This document shows, in pieces, positions 9,971-21,028 of a stretch of 64,000 bases of DNA. This DNA is from Verrucomicrobiota bacterium (GTDB taxonomy: Bacteria > Verrucomicrobiota > Verrucomicrobiia > Opitutales > Seribacteraceae), in the NCBI GenBank assembly GCA_027622665.1, contig JAQBYT010000001.1, positions 416,001 to 480,000 on the forward strand, in the 5' to 3' direction. The notes beneath the pieces are model-generated. The model worked only from the letters and a program-made list of their open reading frames with translations, was not told the DNA's origin and searched no databases. The stretch's first letter is position 1. Every line of letters starts with the position of its first letter. Both the position numbers and the translations under genes were made by a program.

Positions 9971-11731
9971 TTATTCGTCGGCGAAAGCGATGTCCGGTTC
10001 GAACGATATCCGGAACTTGTACAGGATGCCCGGGCGCATCATGAGAGGGTGCTCTCGCCGTAGAAACTGAACATAGTGAACATTGCCTGCGTAGCCTCTG
10101 TATTCCGATTCGTCCGTCACGGTTTCAAAATCGCCCCAAGCGGCCATGAAATCGTCCTTTTCGACAGTGGGTCTCAAGCCTTCTGTGCCTTGGCGCAAGG
10201 TGGTGCCGAGGCGATAGGTAGAGTGGGGAGAGCCGATAACGATAGCGTATCTCATGCTGTCCATCGTTACCGGGTTTTTAACGCGAAAGGTGAATTCGGA
10301 AGTGACCTTCCCCGGAGCAAAGGTCCATTGTACTTGGCAGCTACCTAAACCGTAGGCGAAGGTGCCGTCTGTTTGGACCAAGTCCGGTTGCTCGAAGCGT
10401 AGGTAAAACGAATTTCGTGGGCCAATCCCCGTAACGCAATTTTTTCCGTAGTAGGAGGGTATTACGACTTGATCGCCGAAAGTAAGTTCCGGCAAAAGTA
10501 CGGGTAGGTATTTGTTGACAGGCCAGTCGAAGATTCCTTGGCAATGAGGAAAGGCAAGCGAATCGGAAGTAATCTGATCACCGGGACCGATTAGGGGTAG
10601 TTGAAACTGTATTCCGGCGTTTTCGTCCCGAAAGAGGAACAGGCCGTGTTCTTTCTTGTGAGATTTATCGAATATTACGAATCGGCCACCCGTTTTCGAG
10701 CGATTCGGGGTTGGTACGCGTAGCGAGCCTCCAATCACACGGGCTAGCCGTGACCATTGGCATAGATAGCGAGCGGCATCGAAGTTGGCCATCCGAGTCG
10801 TGTGGTTTTCGACCGTGTTGCGCTCGTTGTCGCGTATCATGAGAAGTCCGTTTTCCTGATCCAAATAGGTAACGAAGAAATATTGGAAAAGGCGGCGCAA
10901 CGTATCTAAATAAAGTGGTATCTTTTCTTCGGGCACCCAGTGATCACGCATGGCTTGAAGAATCAAGCTAATGCAATGGAATTGCCCATAGGCACCAACG
11001 GAACGTCCGTAACTCCAGCCCAAGCCGTCTTGACGGCATATATCCGGAATGATGCGGAGGTATTTTTCGGCAAAAGTGCGTAGCTTCGGCAATTTACGGT
11101 CCTTCAGGTGTACATTTGCGTGTAGCTGTAGGGATTGCCTGATAAAGATAAAGGAGAGGGCGCCGTAGATGTCATAAACACCCCCGAAGCCCTCGGGATT
11201 GTTGTCGCAGAAGCCGGCAGAACTGTGCTCTTGAATGCGGTCCACGAATTGATCGATCAGTTTTCCCGTCTCGTCTTTTTTGGAGAGTCCAAGGCTGAAT
11301 CGGGAAACGGACTTTGCGATGTTGAAGGACTGAAAGTGGTTGTTGTAATCGGAACGGGAAAGAAGGCGTTGGTCGAGTTGCTCGCGGGTGGGGTCGAGAA
11401 GGCGCTCCCAAACTTCATTTCGTTCTTTGGCGGCACCGAATGAAAGCAACCCTAGGGCGGCGTAAGCGAGACCGTTTTCACTTTCTTCGGAGGCAAAGGC
11501 TTGATGGGTGATGCAACGAGCCGCGAGGTCGTTCAGGTCATGACCTTCCAGTTCCGTTTCCCCGCTGGCGCGAAAGTACTCGCCTATCGCTAGTGCGGCG
11601 TGGCCGGATTCGTCAATTCTTGTGTTTTCTCCGGCGGCGGCGGCGATTGATCCCGCGTCACTGATGTATTGAAGATTGTTGCCAAGGATCGATCGAGCCA
11701 AGTCCATGCACTGGTCGGCGAAGTTTTGCAT
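9971..11731 (-). CDS. Hypothetical protein, 586 aa (possible alpha/alpha-toroid plus beta-sandwich, DUF2264-like)
   Basis: Long ORF co-directional with rho and his[13 protein letters not shown] motif; helical N-half and beta-rich C-half by eye. Confidence 0.75.
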   Translation of the reverse strand: MQNFADQCMDLARSILGNNLQYISDAGSIAAAAGENTRIDESGHAALAIGEYFRASGETELEGHDLNDLAARCITHQAFASEESENGLAYAALGLLSFGAAKERNEVWERLLDPTREQLDQRLLSRSDYNNHFQSFNIAKSVSRFSLGLSKKDETGKLIDQFVDRIQEHSSAGFCDNNPEGFGGVYDIYGALSFIFIRQSLQLHANVHLKDRKLPKLRTFAEKYLRIIPDICRQDGLGWSYGRSVGAYGQFHCISLILQAMRDHWVPEEKIPLYLDTLRRLFQYFFVTYLDQENGLLMIRDNERNTVENHTTRMANFDAARYLCQWSRLARVIGGSLRVPTPNRSKTGGRFVIFDKSHKKEHGLFLFRDENAGIQFQLPLIGPGDQITSDSLAFPHCQGIFDWPVNKYLPVLLPELTFGDQVVIPSYYGKNCVTGIGPRNSFYLRFEQPDLVQTDGTFAYGLGSCQVQWTFAPGKVTSEFTFRVKNPVTMDSMRYAIVIGSPHSTYRLGTTLRQGTEGLRPTVEKDDFMAAWGDFETVTDESEYRGYAGNVHYVQFLRREHPLMMRPGILYKFRISFEPDIAFADE

Positions 11732-11803
11732 GCGGGTAGTAGGTAGTAAAGCGTAGGGAAAAGGATGGAAAAAATGTCTGCTTACGGGCTTCGAGTCAAT
11801 ATG

Positions 11804-12940
11804 TTAAGCAGTGGTGATTAGTTTAAGAAACTCTTTGTTGTCGGCAGTTTTTTCCATTCGTTCTATTAGGGTCTCGGCAGCATCCGCGATTTTCATGGGA
11901 GCCATGGCTCGCCGGACGAACGAGGATTTTTCCAAGACCTCGGGTGATAACAAGTCCTCCTCTTTACGAGTGCCGGAGGCGGCGAGGTTGATGGCGGGCC
12001 AGAGTCGAAGTTCCGCAACCTTGCGGTCGAGAACTATCTCGCTGTTCCCGGTACCCTTGAATTCTTGAAATATAAGTTCGTCCATCTTGGAGCCGGTTTC
12101 CACTAGAGCAGTGGCCACGATCGTTAGGCTGCCGGCTTCTTCCGAATTTCGTGCGGCGGAAAATATCTGTCTAGGTTTTTCAAGCGCCCTGGCGTCCAAT
12201 CCCCCCGTCATGGTTCGCCCTCCCTTGCCGGTGGCGGCATTGTACGCTCGCGATAGGCGTGTGATCGAATCTAGCAACAGGACCACGTCTTTTCCGGTTT
12301 CCACTAACCGTTTGGCTCGCTCGATGGCCAATTCGGCAACGCGCAGATGGTTCTTTACTTCTTCGTCGTTGGACGAGGCGTATATTTCGGCGGGAACGGA
12401 CCTGCGAAAGTCGGTGACCTCCTCGGGCCTTTCATCCACCAATAAAACCATTAGGTGGCACTCCGGGTGATTTTCTTCCACACCTTTTGCGATATCGTGC
12501 AATATGGTGGTCTTTCCCGTCCTCGGCGGAGCGACAATGAGTGCGCGTTGCCCTTTGCCGATGGGGCAAAACATGTCAATGATTCGGGAGGTCATTCGTC
12601 CGTCACTTACTTCGAGAGTCAATTTTTCTTTTGGCTGGATAGTGGTAAGTTGATCGAAGCGAAACTGAATCTTTCTCTCGTTGATCGACAAACCATCAAC
12701 GGTCTCGATGAAGCGAACCTTTGGGTTGCCATACTTATTGTCGGACGTTGCGTTGGCGGTTAAGTGAGACCCCTTCCGTAGTTTGAAGCGTCGCAACAGC
12801 TCGCGAGGAACAAAGGGATCGTGGGGGGTTGTTTTACCCCCCCTTGAGAGATCAAGCAAGATGCCCGACTTGTTTTCAGTCGGTTCCAAGATGCCCTCGA
12901 CCTGAATAAGGTCTTGAGGCGGACTGTTGTTTTCGCTCAT
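11804..12940 (-). CDS. rho: Transcription termination factor Rho (short form)
   Basis: [45 protein letters not shown] motifs. Start placed at MSENN (12940). Confidence 0.95.
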   Translation of the reverse strand: MSENNSPPQDLIQVEGILEPTENKSGILLDLSRGGKTTPHDPFVPRELLRRFKLRKGSHLTANATSDNKYGNPKVRFIETVDGLSINERKIQFRFDQLTTIQPKEKLTLEVSDGRMTSRIIDMFCPIGKGQRALIVAPPRTGKTTILHDIAKGVEENHPECHLMVLLVDERPEEVTDFRRSVPAEIYASSNDEEVKNHLRVAELAIERAKRLVETGKDVVLLLDSITRLSRAYNAATGKGGRTMTGGLDARALEKPRQIFSAARNSEEAGSLTIVATALVETGSKMDELIFQEFKGTGNSEIVLDRKVAELRLWPAINLAASGTRKEEDLLSPEVLEKSSFVRRAMAPMKIADAAETLIERMEKTADNKEFLKLITTA

Positions 12941-13196
12941 GGACCAGAAAGGCGTTGTTAATGATGGGTCCGTAATTTGCATGACATTGGGCATGCTTAT
13001 GTAGGGATTTATCAGTGAATCGCCTTTGCTTCATCGGGTGAAGTCTCGCGTCATGTGAATGGCTTGTTGCGAGAAGCGTTCGCTGAATCTTCACCCATCA
13101 TGAAAATAGGTGCGGTGGAGTCAACCATTGAAAACAGAATTTAGCGAAAGGTTTTGTCTTTCCTTTCAGTTAGCCTAATTCATAGGAGCCTAATTC

Positions 13197-14720
13197 ATGA
13201 AAAAGTTTTACCTCACTACGGCTATAGACTACGCAAACGGTTCACCGCATCTTGGCCATGCCTACGAAAAAGTGTTATCGGATGTTATCGTGCGGCATCG
13301 CCGGCTCTTAGGCGTGGACGTCCATTTCTTAACGGGTTTGGACGAACACGGACAAAAGGTGCAACAGGGAGCTCGGGCGGAGGGGATGGAACCCCAGGAA
13401 CGGTGTGACCTTATTGCGGAAGAGTTTATCGTACTGTTGGAAAAACTCCGGATATCCAACGACGATTATCTGCGTACCACTCAGGATCGGCACAAACGAG
13501 TTGTCCGCACTCTCCTGCAGCAACTTTATGATCGAGGAGAAATTTATCAGGCTGAATACTGTGGATACTACTCTTCCCGAGCCGAACAGTTCCTGCAGGA
13601 AAAGGACAAAGTCGATGGGAAGTGGCCCGAAATCTTCGGGGAGGTTGTGGAAGTGACCGAAAGCAATTATTTTTTCAAGCTCGGGCAATACCAAGAATGG
13701 TTAATCGATTTCCTCTCGGAGAATGACGATTTCATACAGCCTGAATTTCGCCGCAATCAAGTGCTGGAGTTCTTGAAGGAACCAATTAACGACCTTTGCA
13801 TCTCCAGACCTCGCGAGAGGCTGGAGTGGGGTATTCCCCTGCCATTTGATGAAAGTTACGTGACCTATGTCTGGTTTGACGCTCTCGTGAACTACGTGTC
13901 CGCTGCCGGATTTGGCGATGAAGGATTCGATTCCCTGTGGCCAGCCGACGTACATGTCATCGGCAAGGACATTTTAGTTCCTCCTCATTCCGTTTACTGG
14001 CCCATAATGCTGAAGGCCTGCGGACTGCCTTTGCCAAAAAGTATTTTGGTGCACGGATGGTGGATGATCTCCGGAGCCAAAATGTCAAAGAGTACGGGTG
14101 AATCGGTAGATCCTTTGGAGTTGGTCGACCTTCGTGGAGCCGATGCCTTTCGTTATTTTGTGATGCGCGAAATGACCGTTGGGCAAGACGCCGACTTTAC
14201 TCTCGAACGCTTCGACTCTCGCTATCATGCCGATCTCGGTAACGATCTGGGCAATCTGCTAAGCCGCATCCTGAACATGACAGCTCGTTATTGCGACGGC
14301 AAGGTGCCCGAAGCCACTATTGCGGAGAAGCCTGAGTCCGACCTCGCCGACTTATGGGACGAGGCCCATGTCGGAGCACGAGAACTTTTCGATGAATACA
14401 AGTTTAACTTGGGCCTCGAAAAAATCTTTGTATTCATTCGAGGGATAAATCGTTATGCCGAGGAGCGCTCGCCGTGGAAACTTGCAAAATCCGAGGCGAT
14501 TGAGGATCGCGCCAAACTAGAGACCTCGCTGGCCTTTATCGTCGAGGCTCTTCGCTTGGCCGTGGCATTGCTTGCACCCGTTATGCCAGGCGTTAACGAT
14601 CAGGTGAACAAACTACTTGGAATTGCCGCAACCACCTTATGGGAGGAAGACTTGGTTTGGGATCATCGTCTTGCGGGGAACGCGCTTGGTCCGAAAACGA
14701 TTTTATTTCCGAGGGATTAG
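13197..14720 (+). CDS. metG: Methionine--tRNA ligase (short form)
   Basis: TTAIDYANGSPHLGHAYE (HIGH), YVWFDAL, KMSKS. Confidence 0.97.
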   Translation: MKKFYLTTAIDYANGSPHLGHAYEKVLSDVIVRHRRLLGVDVHFLTGLDEHGQKVQQGARAEGMEPQERCDLIAEEFIVLLEKLRISNDDYLRTTQDRHKRVVRTLLQQLYDRGEIYQAEYCGYYSSRAEQFLQEKDKVDGKWPEIFGEVVEVTESNYFFKLGQYQEWLIDFLSENDDFIQPEFRRNQVLEFLKEPINDLCISRPRERLEWGIPLPFDESYVTYVWFDALVNYVSAAGFGDEGFDSLWPADVHVIGKDILVPPHSVYWPIMLKACGLPLPKSILVHGWWMISGAKMSKSTGESVDPLELVDLRGADAFRYFVMREMTVGQDADFTLERFDSRYHADLGNDLGNLLSRILNMTARYCDGKVPEATIAEKPESDLADLWDEAHVGARELFDEYKFNLGLEKIFVFIRGINRYAEERSPWKLAKSEAIEDRAKLETSLAFIVEALRLAVALLAPVMPGVNDQVNKLLGIAATTLWEEDLVWDHRLAGNALGPKTILFPRD

Positions 14721-16039
14721 GAACCTTTGGGATCGGTCTTTCCGGAAGGTTCTTTGAGTCTAACCGTCGTTGCAATCACGCGAGTCTCGTCGGCCTGTTC
14801 TATCTCCACCAAGAGATTTCCAAGTTCCACCTTCTCGCCGGCCTCGGGTATTCTTCCTAGTTGACCAGTGAGCGTGCCACCGAAGGTCGCGGCGTCTTCA
14901 TCTTCATCGCCAAGATCAAATGCATCGGGAAGTTCGTGAACGGGAGCCATTCCCGACACTCGCCAAAAGTCAGCATCTTCTTGAATGATAAAATCCTCTT
15001 CCACATCAAATTCGTCTCGAATCTCTCCCACTACTTCTTCCAGAATGTCCTCTAGCGTAAGTGCGCCCACCGTTCCACCGAATTCATCTAGAACCATGGC
15101 CATGTGAGCTCGATGCTGAAGCAATTGCCTCAATGCTACGGGGAGAGGGTCGGAGGGAGAAAAGTTCGGAGCTCGCCTCGCAAGATTTCGCAAGTCCACT
15201 TTCTTTCCTTCTGCCAAAAGGCGAAATATGCCCTTCACGTGAACGATTCCTAGGCATCGATCTAAATCGCCATCGCACAACGGCAGTCGGGTATGCCCGC
15301 AGGAGCTAGCGATCGAGAGATTTTCCTCGATCGAGTCATTCGCATCCAGAAAGCGAACCTGATTCCGGGGCATGAGGGCGTCCTGAACGTCTAGATTCCT
15401 AAGATCGAGGGTATTCCCAACAATTTCGCGAATCTCGGGATGCAGCTCCGACCCTTCTTCTTGTAGAGTCTTAATGTGCTCCGCCACTTCCTCTTCCGAC
15501 TCACCCGTTTCCTTCTCTTTGCCGATTATTACGCAAAGGAAGTTTTCCTTGAGGGCGAGTATGTAGCGCAAGGGTTTGCAAAGCAGTCTTATTGCGTGCA
15601 TGGCGGGAGTTGCAGCTCGCATGTGCCAAGCGGCAAACGGACGGGCCGCTACCATCGGCCCCAGAATCCCGATGATCGTTCTCTCCGCTAACAGAACAAG
15701 AAGAAATGCTGCGGCAGCCAGACAGTATGCAGCCCAGACCGCAGTAGACCCGGAGAGTCCTCTCAATAATCCATAAAAAGCGAAAAATCCAAAGGTTACC
15801 TGAACGGCCGAAAGCGTTGCCGCTTCTACGCTCCACGGGCGAAACTCGTTATCAGAATCCAGAAGCCGGCCAACCAATTTTCCTTTTCGCAATACTTCTT
15901 CCGAGGACGTGGAGGCTCCCGCCCGAATCCTGTCTACGAATGCGCGGTAAACCGCTACTTGATGACCCCACACGGAGGCAAGAACCCACCCCGCAAGTAA
16001 CCATGGAATGCTTTCTTGAAGAAGAAGACCTAGGCTCAT
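14717..16039 (-). CDS. Hemolysin/CNNM family transporter-associated protein (CBS pair plus CorC domain)
   Basis: N-terminal TM helices; HTRLPL, MAMVLDEFGGTVGALTLEDILEEVVGEIRDEFD. Confidence 0.9.
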   Translation of the reverse strand: MSLGLLLQESIPWLLAGWVLASVWGHQVAVYRAFVDRIRAGASTSSEEVLRKGKLVGRLLDSDNEFRPWSVEAATLSAVQVTFGFFAFYGLLRGLSGSTAVWAAYCLAAAAFLLVLLAERTIIGILGPMVAARPFAAWHMRAATPAMHAIRLLCKPLRYILALKENFLCVIIGKEKETGESEEEVAEHIKTLQEEGSELHPEIREIVGNTLDLRNLDVQDALMPRNQVRFLDANDSIEENLSIASSCGHTRLPLCDGDLDRCLGIVHVKGIFRLLAEGKKVDLRNLARRAPNFSPSDPLPVALRQLLQHRAHMAMVLDEFGGTVGALTLEDILEEVVGEIRDEFDVEEDFIIQEDADFWRVSGMAPVHELPDAFDLGDEDEDAATFGGTLTGQLGRIPEAGEKVELGNLLVEIEQADETRVIATTVRLKEPSGKTDPKGS

Positions 16040-17145
16040 CCGTGTTTCATAGAGACATTGGCAAGTGATGCGCCCAAGGTGTCGAGTGCTTTATTGTTTT
16101 GTTCCCGAGTGCCAACCGTCAAACGAATGTATTTCGATAGACCTCCCCCGAAGGAACGTACGATGACCCCATGTTTCTGCAACTCGGCAAATATTGCTTC
16201 TCCATCTCCCACTTTTACGAGAATAAAATTTGCTTGGCTCGGGACATATTCCAAACCCAAGGCCGAGAAACCTGCTTCTAGTTGCGAAAGGCCGGCCTTA
16301 TTTGCTTGGCGACATTGAGTCGTCCACTCCTCGTCTCCCAGGGCGGCTTGGGCAGCAGCTTGAGCTATGGAGTTGGCATTGAATGGCTGCCGCGCCCTAT
16401 GAAGAAGAGCCGCCATGGCTTCGCCGGAGTAACCGTATCCGAGGCGAAGTCCCGCCAGTCCATGGATTTTAGAGAATGTTCGCAGACAAATTATGTTCCG
16501 ACCCTCCTCGATGAGGGGTAGCAAATTAGGGGTGACTTCGAGGTATTCCGCATAGGCCTCGTCAAAGCAAAAGACGACGTGTTCGGGCAACCCTTCTGCA
16601 AACCGCACGATCTCATCGGCCTCGTTGGCCGTGCCCGTTGGGTTGTTCGGGCTAGCTAGAAAGACAAGGCGAGTCTTGTCGGAAATCGCCTCTTTCATTG
16701 CCTCTAGGTCGTGACGAAATTCCGGCATCGGAACTTCCACCGCAGTGGCTCCGAACAAATGGGCCACCAGTTTGTAGACGACGAATGAAAACTGCCCGGC
16801 CACAATCTCGTCACCCGGTTGCAAGAACACATGGCCTAGAAGCTCGATAATTTCATTTGAGCCATTTCCCAGAACAATTTGTTCGGCGCGGATGTTTCGA
16901 ACCTGTGCAATTTTTTTTCTTAGCTCGAGGCCCCCTCCCTCGGGATAGAGCCTTATGTCCTTTAACGCCCTTTCGGCAGCAGCAAGTGCTTTGGGCGAGG
17001 GCCCCAAAGGGTTTTCGTTGGAAGCCAACTTGCAAACATCTCTAGGGTCCAGCCCGTACTCGGCCGCCACTTGTTCAATGGGCTTGCCCGGTAGATAGAC
17101 GGGTTGTTCCCGAATATGACTATTCGCGAGGTCGGAGATATTCAT
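16036..17145 (-). CDS. hisC: Histidinol-phosphate aminotransferase
   Basis: KLASNENPLG, GNGSNE, SPNNPTG, DEAY, RTFSKIHGLAGLRLGY. Start at MNISD (17145). Confidence 0.93.
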   Translation of the reverse strand: MNISDLANSHIREQPVYLPGKPIEQVAAEYGLDPRDVCKLASNENPLGPSPKALAAAERALKDIRLYPEGGGLELRKKIAQVRNIRAEQIVLGNGSNEIIELLGHVFLQPGDEIVAGQFSFVVYKLVAHLFGATAVEVPMPEFRHDLEAMKEAISDKTRLVFLASPNNPTGTANEADEIVRFAEGLPEHVVFCFDEAYAEYLEVTPNLLPLIEEGRNIICLRTFSKIHGLAGLRLGYGYSGEAMAALLHRARQPFNANSIAQAAAQAALGDEEWTTQCRQANKAGLSQLEAGFSALGLEYVPSQANFILVKVGDGEAIFAELQKHGVIVRSFGGGLSKYIRLTVGTREQNNKALDTLGASLANVSMKHG

Positions 17146-17256
17146 CCGTATGCATATAGATTTGTACGCTAGATTTAGCTGCGATTGGAAGCAAGGAAAA
17201 GCCCATCGTTCATGTATCGGCTTGAGGCCGGCTTGGAGCATGATAAGTTTGCAAAT

Positions 17257-18219
17257 GTGAAAATTGCTATTTTAGGAGCTTCCGGACTACTTGGATCCGC
17301 TGTTTGTCGTGCTGCCCGGCGCCGTAAATATAAGGTGCACCCCTTTTCTTTTTCAGGAGCCGATAACTTACCCGAGGTGGGACCGATCGGATCTCTAGAC
17401 CTTCTTGAAGGCGAAGAACTCGCTCGTACCCTGTTTGATCTCTGGCCGGAAGTCATTGTCAACTGTGCAGCCGTTTCTTCTCCCGATACCGTTGATGAGG
17501 ATCCCGTTCATGCTCGAAGGGTGAATGTAGATGCCGCTGAAAAACTTGGTCAAATAGCATCGCACCTAGGCGTTCGCTACCTTCATGTTTCTACCGATCT
17601 GGTGTTTGACGGAACCGCTTCCCCGTACAGGTCCACGGATGTTCCTGCTCCCGTTAACGAGTATGGGCGGCAGAAACTAGATGCAGAAACTCGCGTTCTC
17701 GAAGCTTGTGAAGACAATGTGGTTGTTCTGCGCATTACCCTGTTGAACGGGAACAGCCCAATGGGTCAGCGCAGTCAGCACGAAAAACTTCTGCGCGTGA
17801 TAGTTGCCGGTCAGACCCCAACCTTGTTTGAGGATGAATTTCGTCAGCCAAGTTCAGTTGACAATGTGGCTGATGTGCTTGTGGAATTGTGTGAACGTCC
17901 GCAATTGAACGGTTTGTTTCATTGGGCAGGAAGCGAACGCCTAAGTCGTTATGAATTGGGACTTCGCATTTTCGAACGTTTCGGCCTGTCTCCCGAATTC
18001 TTAGCAAAGGGTAAGCGGGCCGACCTTGCCGACAAGCTGGGCGAACGTCCCGGCGATCTCGCTTTTGTGCTCGAACCGCTTGTGGGAAAACTCAAAACAC
18101 AGCCATCCGACGTTTCCTCTCAGCTTGAGGAGCTTCGTATTCCCGATGACTTGTACGATTGGTACCGAGATCATGCCGAGGATTCTTCACGCTATATCCG
18201 CCGATTCAAGATTTCTTGA
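17257..18219 (+). CDS. RmlD-like (dTDP-4-dehydrorhamnose reductase family) SDR oxidoreductase
   Basis: GASGLLG, STDLVFDG, YGRQK motifs; GTG start at 17257. Confidence 0.85.
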   Translation: MKIAILGASGLLGSAVCRAARRRKYKVHPFSFSGADNLPEVGPIGSLDLLEGEELARTLFDLWPEVIVNCAAVSSPDTVDEDPVHARRVNVDAAEKLGQIASHLGVRYLHVSTDLVFDGTASPYRSTDVPAPVNEYGRQKLDAETRVLEACEDNVVVLRITLLNGNSPMGQRSQHEKLLRVIVAGQTPTLFEDEFRQPSSVDNVADVLVELCERPQLNGLFHWAGSERLSRYELGLRIFERFGLSPEFLAKGKRADLADKLGERPGDLAFVLEPLVGKLKTQPSDVSSQLEELRIPDDLYDWYRDHAEDSSRYIRRFKIS

Positions 18220-18226
18220 GCGTCCC

Positions 18227-18970
18227 ATGCCCGATTCTTTTCTCATCCTTCCTTTTTTGTGCGAATCCGCAGCCGTCAACATGGCTACTGACCTGTGGCT
18301 TTTTCAGGAGTACCCCGAAGCCTCTCTGCCCCGTTTTCGCCGCTTTGCGTGGAATCGACCTTCTGTTACTTTCGGGTATGGGCAGGACTTTTCTTGGGTG
18401 CTCGAGGAAACCAAATGCGCTGAGATTGACCTCTGTCGTCGCCCCACCGGTGGAGGGATCGTAAAGCATGGCGAGGATTGGACCTATTCGCTTGTCTTCC
18501 CTCCTTCTCATCATGTGTGCGAGGGTTCGGCGAGCGAGGTCTATTTGCATGTACATCGCGCAATTTCGGTCTCCCTCGCGAAATGTGGCGTGGATACGGT
18601 ATTGCTTCCTTGCAAGGAAGGCAGTTGTTCTGTCACGCCTCGCAAAGTTATCCCCGGACGGTGTTTCCTTGAGCCTGTCGCCCGCGACGTTATCTTGTCC
18701 GCGACTGATTCCAAAATTGCCGGTGCTGCGATAAAACGGACTCGAGCCGGTCTGCTCCTGCAGGGAACTATCGATGCGCGGGTACTTCCAAAGGTAAATT
18801 GGAATTTTTTCGAAACATTGTTCCTTGCAGAACTTTCTGCCTATCTTGGCGCCGAACCTGAACTCGCCGAGTGGCCTCAATCCTTCGAGAGTTCTCGCAA
18901 GCCTTATGTGGAGCAGTTCGCCTCTACGGGTTGGCTTCGTGAGAGGAAGGCGACTCTTTCACGAAAGTGA
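18227..18970 (+). CDS. Lipoate-protein ligase A family (LipM/LplA-like)
   Basis: NMATD, RRPTGGGIVKH, TYS, CF, KIAGAA..R...LLQG motifs. Confidence 0.88.
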   Translation: MPDSFLILPFLCESAAVNMATDLWLFQEYPEASLPRFRRFAWNRPSVTFGYGQDFSWVLEETKCAEIDLCRRPTGGGIVKHGEDWTYSLVFPPSHHVCEGSASEVYLHVHRAISVSLAKCGVDTVLLPCKEGSCSVTPRKVIPGRCFLEPVARDVILSATDSKIAGAAIKRTRAGLLLQGTIDARVLPKVNWNFFETLFLAELSAYLGAEPELAEWPQSFESSRKPYVEQFASTGWLRERKATLSRK

Positions 18971-20165
18971 GCACGTTTTCCACATGCCGCGTTTGCGGAA
19001 AAAGATCAAATGGTTGTGCCTTTACGATGGCATAACCACCTTCTATCAGATATTGAGAGTCCCTTGCCTGAGTGGAGGGGTCGCATGAAACATAGATGAT
19101 GCGAGCTGGCCCGAACGCCAGAGCTTGCCTAAGAAAATCATCGCCGCAACCCTTACGTGGCGGATCCACCACCAGAGAGCACGACTCGCCCGAAATGTTT
19201 ACCTCGGCAAAGATTTCAGAGGCATTACCTAGCAGAAACTCACAATTTTCGATCCGGTTAACAACGGCATTCGCTCGTGCCCAGTCAAAACCGTCTCGAC
19301 TTATCTCCACTCCCATTACTCGGGCGAAGCGTTTGGCTGCCGAGAGTGCGAACAGGCCGCCGCCACAGTAAGCGTCGACCAAGCATTCGAGTCCCTCTCC
19401 TTCGGCCTCCGACACCACGTGACTTACCATTTCGGGAAGCAGGAAAGAATTATTTTGAAAAAATTCGCCTGCTTTGAATTGAAAAACGAGGTCGTTCACA
19501 GTTTCTGAAACAATGGCTTGAGAGTCTGTCGTCACTCCTTCTTGTGTATCTCTAAGAAGCAAGGTGCCTCCCTTTTTCCTTTTCCAAGTTGACCTTAAAT
19601 TTTGGCGGGCTTCCGCGAGAGCTGCATTGATACCTTCTGTGGCGATGGGACATTGAGGCACATCCAAGATAGTACGGCGTGAACCTTGTCGGAGGAAGCC
19701 AATGGCACCGATTTCTCCATCTTTATCTTTTTGAAAATGAGGAGTAAGCTTAGAACGGTAACCGTAGGGTTTGGGGGAGGGAAATACGGGCAACACCTCT
19801 ATGTCCACTCCTCCGATACGGTTCATTGACTCTTTTACATGTCGTTGCTTCCATTCGAGTTGGGCTTTGTAGGAGACATGCTGGTACTGGCAGCCTCCGC
19901 AATCCGAGTATAATGGGCAAACAGGTTCCACTCGCTCCGGAGAAGATTCCAGTACCTCGATGCAGTCTGCGACCGAATAGCTTGTGTGATTTCGGTACAC
20001 GCGAGCCTTTATGGTTTCGCCCGGCAGGACGTGAGCGACCTGCACCACCCAATCGCCGTCTCGAGCTATTCCTCGTCCAAGGTTCGTCAAATCTTCCACA
20101 CGCAGTGTGAGCTCTTCGTGGTATTCGTATGGTTCTGGGCGAAAGTTTTTCGGGGCTTGCATCAT
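18924..20165 (-). CDS. TRAM-domain RNA (uracil-5)-methyltransferase, RlmD/TrmA family
   Basis: CPLYSDCGGCQYQH Fe-S motif, FFQNN, DAYCGGG, VDPPRKG, YVSCDP, DLFPQTRHVE. Start uncertain (20165-20201). Confidence 0.9.
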   Translation of the reverse strand: MMQAPKNFRPEPYEYHEELTLRVEDLTNLGRGIARDGDWVVQVAHVLPGETIKARVYRNHTSYSVADCIEVLESSPERVEPVCPLYSDCGGCQYQHVSYKAQLEWKQRHVKESMNRIGGVDIEVLPVFPSPKPYGYRSKLTPHFQKDKDGEIGAIGFLRQGSRRTILDVPQCPIATEGINAALAEARQNLRSTWKRKKGGTLLLRDTQEGVTTDSQAIVSETVNDLVFQFKAGEFFQNNSFLLPEMVSHVVSEAEGEGLECLVDAYCGGGLFALSAAKRFARVMGVEISRDGFDWARANAVVNRIENCEFLLGNASEIFAEVNISGESCSLVVDPPRKGCGDDFLRQALAFGPARIIYVSCDPSTQARDSQYLIEGGYAIVKAQPFDLFPQTRHVENVLTFVKESPSSHEANP

Positions 20166-20221
20166 AAGAAAATCTTTATCTTGCTCGACCGTTGTATGCA
20201 AAACCGTTTTTTACAGTAGTC

Positions 20222-21028
20222 TTGAGTGAAGTCATTATGAGTCTCCAAAACTCACGAGTCAAAGAACTTGTGAAGCTCCGTGAATCTCCTCGACGGCGTA
20301 GGGAGTTGAGCCTTTTTCCCATTGAAGGGTTGCGAGAAATCGAAGTTGGCATTGATGCCGAGCGCATTTTCACGGAGGTTTATTTTTGTCCGTCTTTTTT
20401 TCGTGAGCGAGGAGAGGAGATTCTTTTACACCGCTTCAAGGAGGCTGACGCCGAGCTTGTCGAACTGGGTAAAGATGCCTTTGCAAAGTCGGCTTATCGT
20501 GAAAACCCGGAGGGATTGATCGCCCTTGCCAAGACCTTCGACTTGCAGCCCAGTCGTCTTTCTTTAGGGGCTAAGCCGCTCGTACTTGTTCTCGATGAAG
20601 TGGAGAAACCGGGCAATCTCGGTGCCGTATTGCGTAGCGCCGAAGCTTTTGGCGTCGACGCCGTCCTGTTGTCGGACGCCGTCGTTGACTTTTTCAACCC
20701 TAACGTCATTCGCTCTTCCCAGGGTCTCTCGTTACGAATGCCAGTTGCCGTTGGATCAAAGGAAGAGGTACTCACCTTTATCCGTGCCCACAAACTAAGC
20801 ATATGTGGCTCCAGTTCCAAGAATGCCGTACCTTTGTGGGAGGGTGATTTCACAAGTGGGGTAGCGATTCTTTTTGGTAGTGAGCGCGAAGGACTTGGAC
20901 CTTTTTGGATGGAGAATCAAGATGAGTCTCTTGTTATTCCGATGTCCGACTCCTCCGATTCCCTGAATCTCTCGGTTTCTGCAGCGTGCTTTCTCTCTGA
21001 GGCCGCAAGGCAGAGGCGGAGCCAGTAG
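20222..21028 (+). CDS. TrmH/SpoU family RNA methyltransferase
   Basis: EKPGNLGAVLRSA, FGSEREGL, IPM..SDSLNLS SPOUT motifs. Start TTG 20222 or ATG 20237. Confidence 0.92.
   Translation: MSEVIMSLQNSRVKELVKLRESPRRRRELSLFPIEGLREIEVGIDAERIFTEVYFCPSFFRERGEEILLHRFKEADAELVELGKDAFAKSAYRENPEGLIALAKTFDLQPSRLSLGAKPLVLVLDEVEKPGNLGAVLRSAEAFGVDAVLLSDAVVDFFNPNVIRSSQGLSLRMPVAVGSKEEVLTFIRAHKLSICGSSSKNAVPLWEGDFTSGVAILFGSEREGLGPFWMENQDESLVIPMSDSSDSLNLSVSAACFLSEAARQRRSQ

Noticed and set aside
18924..18970. 47-bp convergent overlap of the lipoate ligase-like and RlmD-like genes
   Set aside because: Short tail-to-tail overlaps are common in compact genomes; no sign of function.
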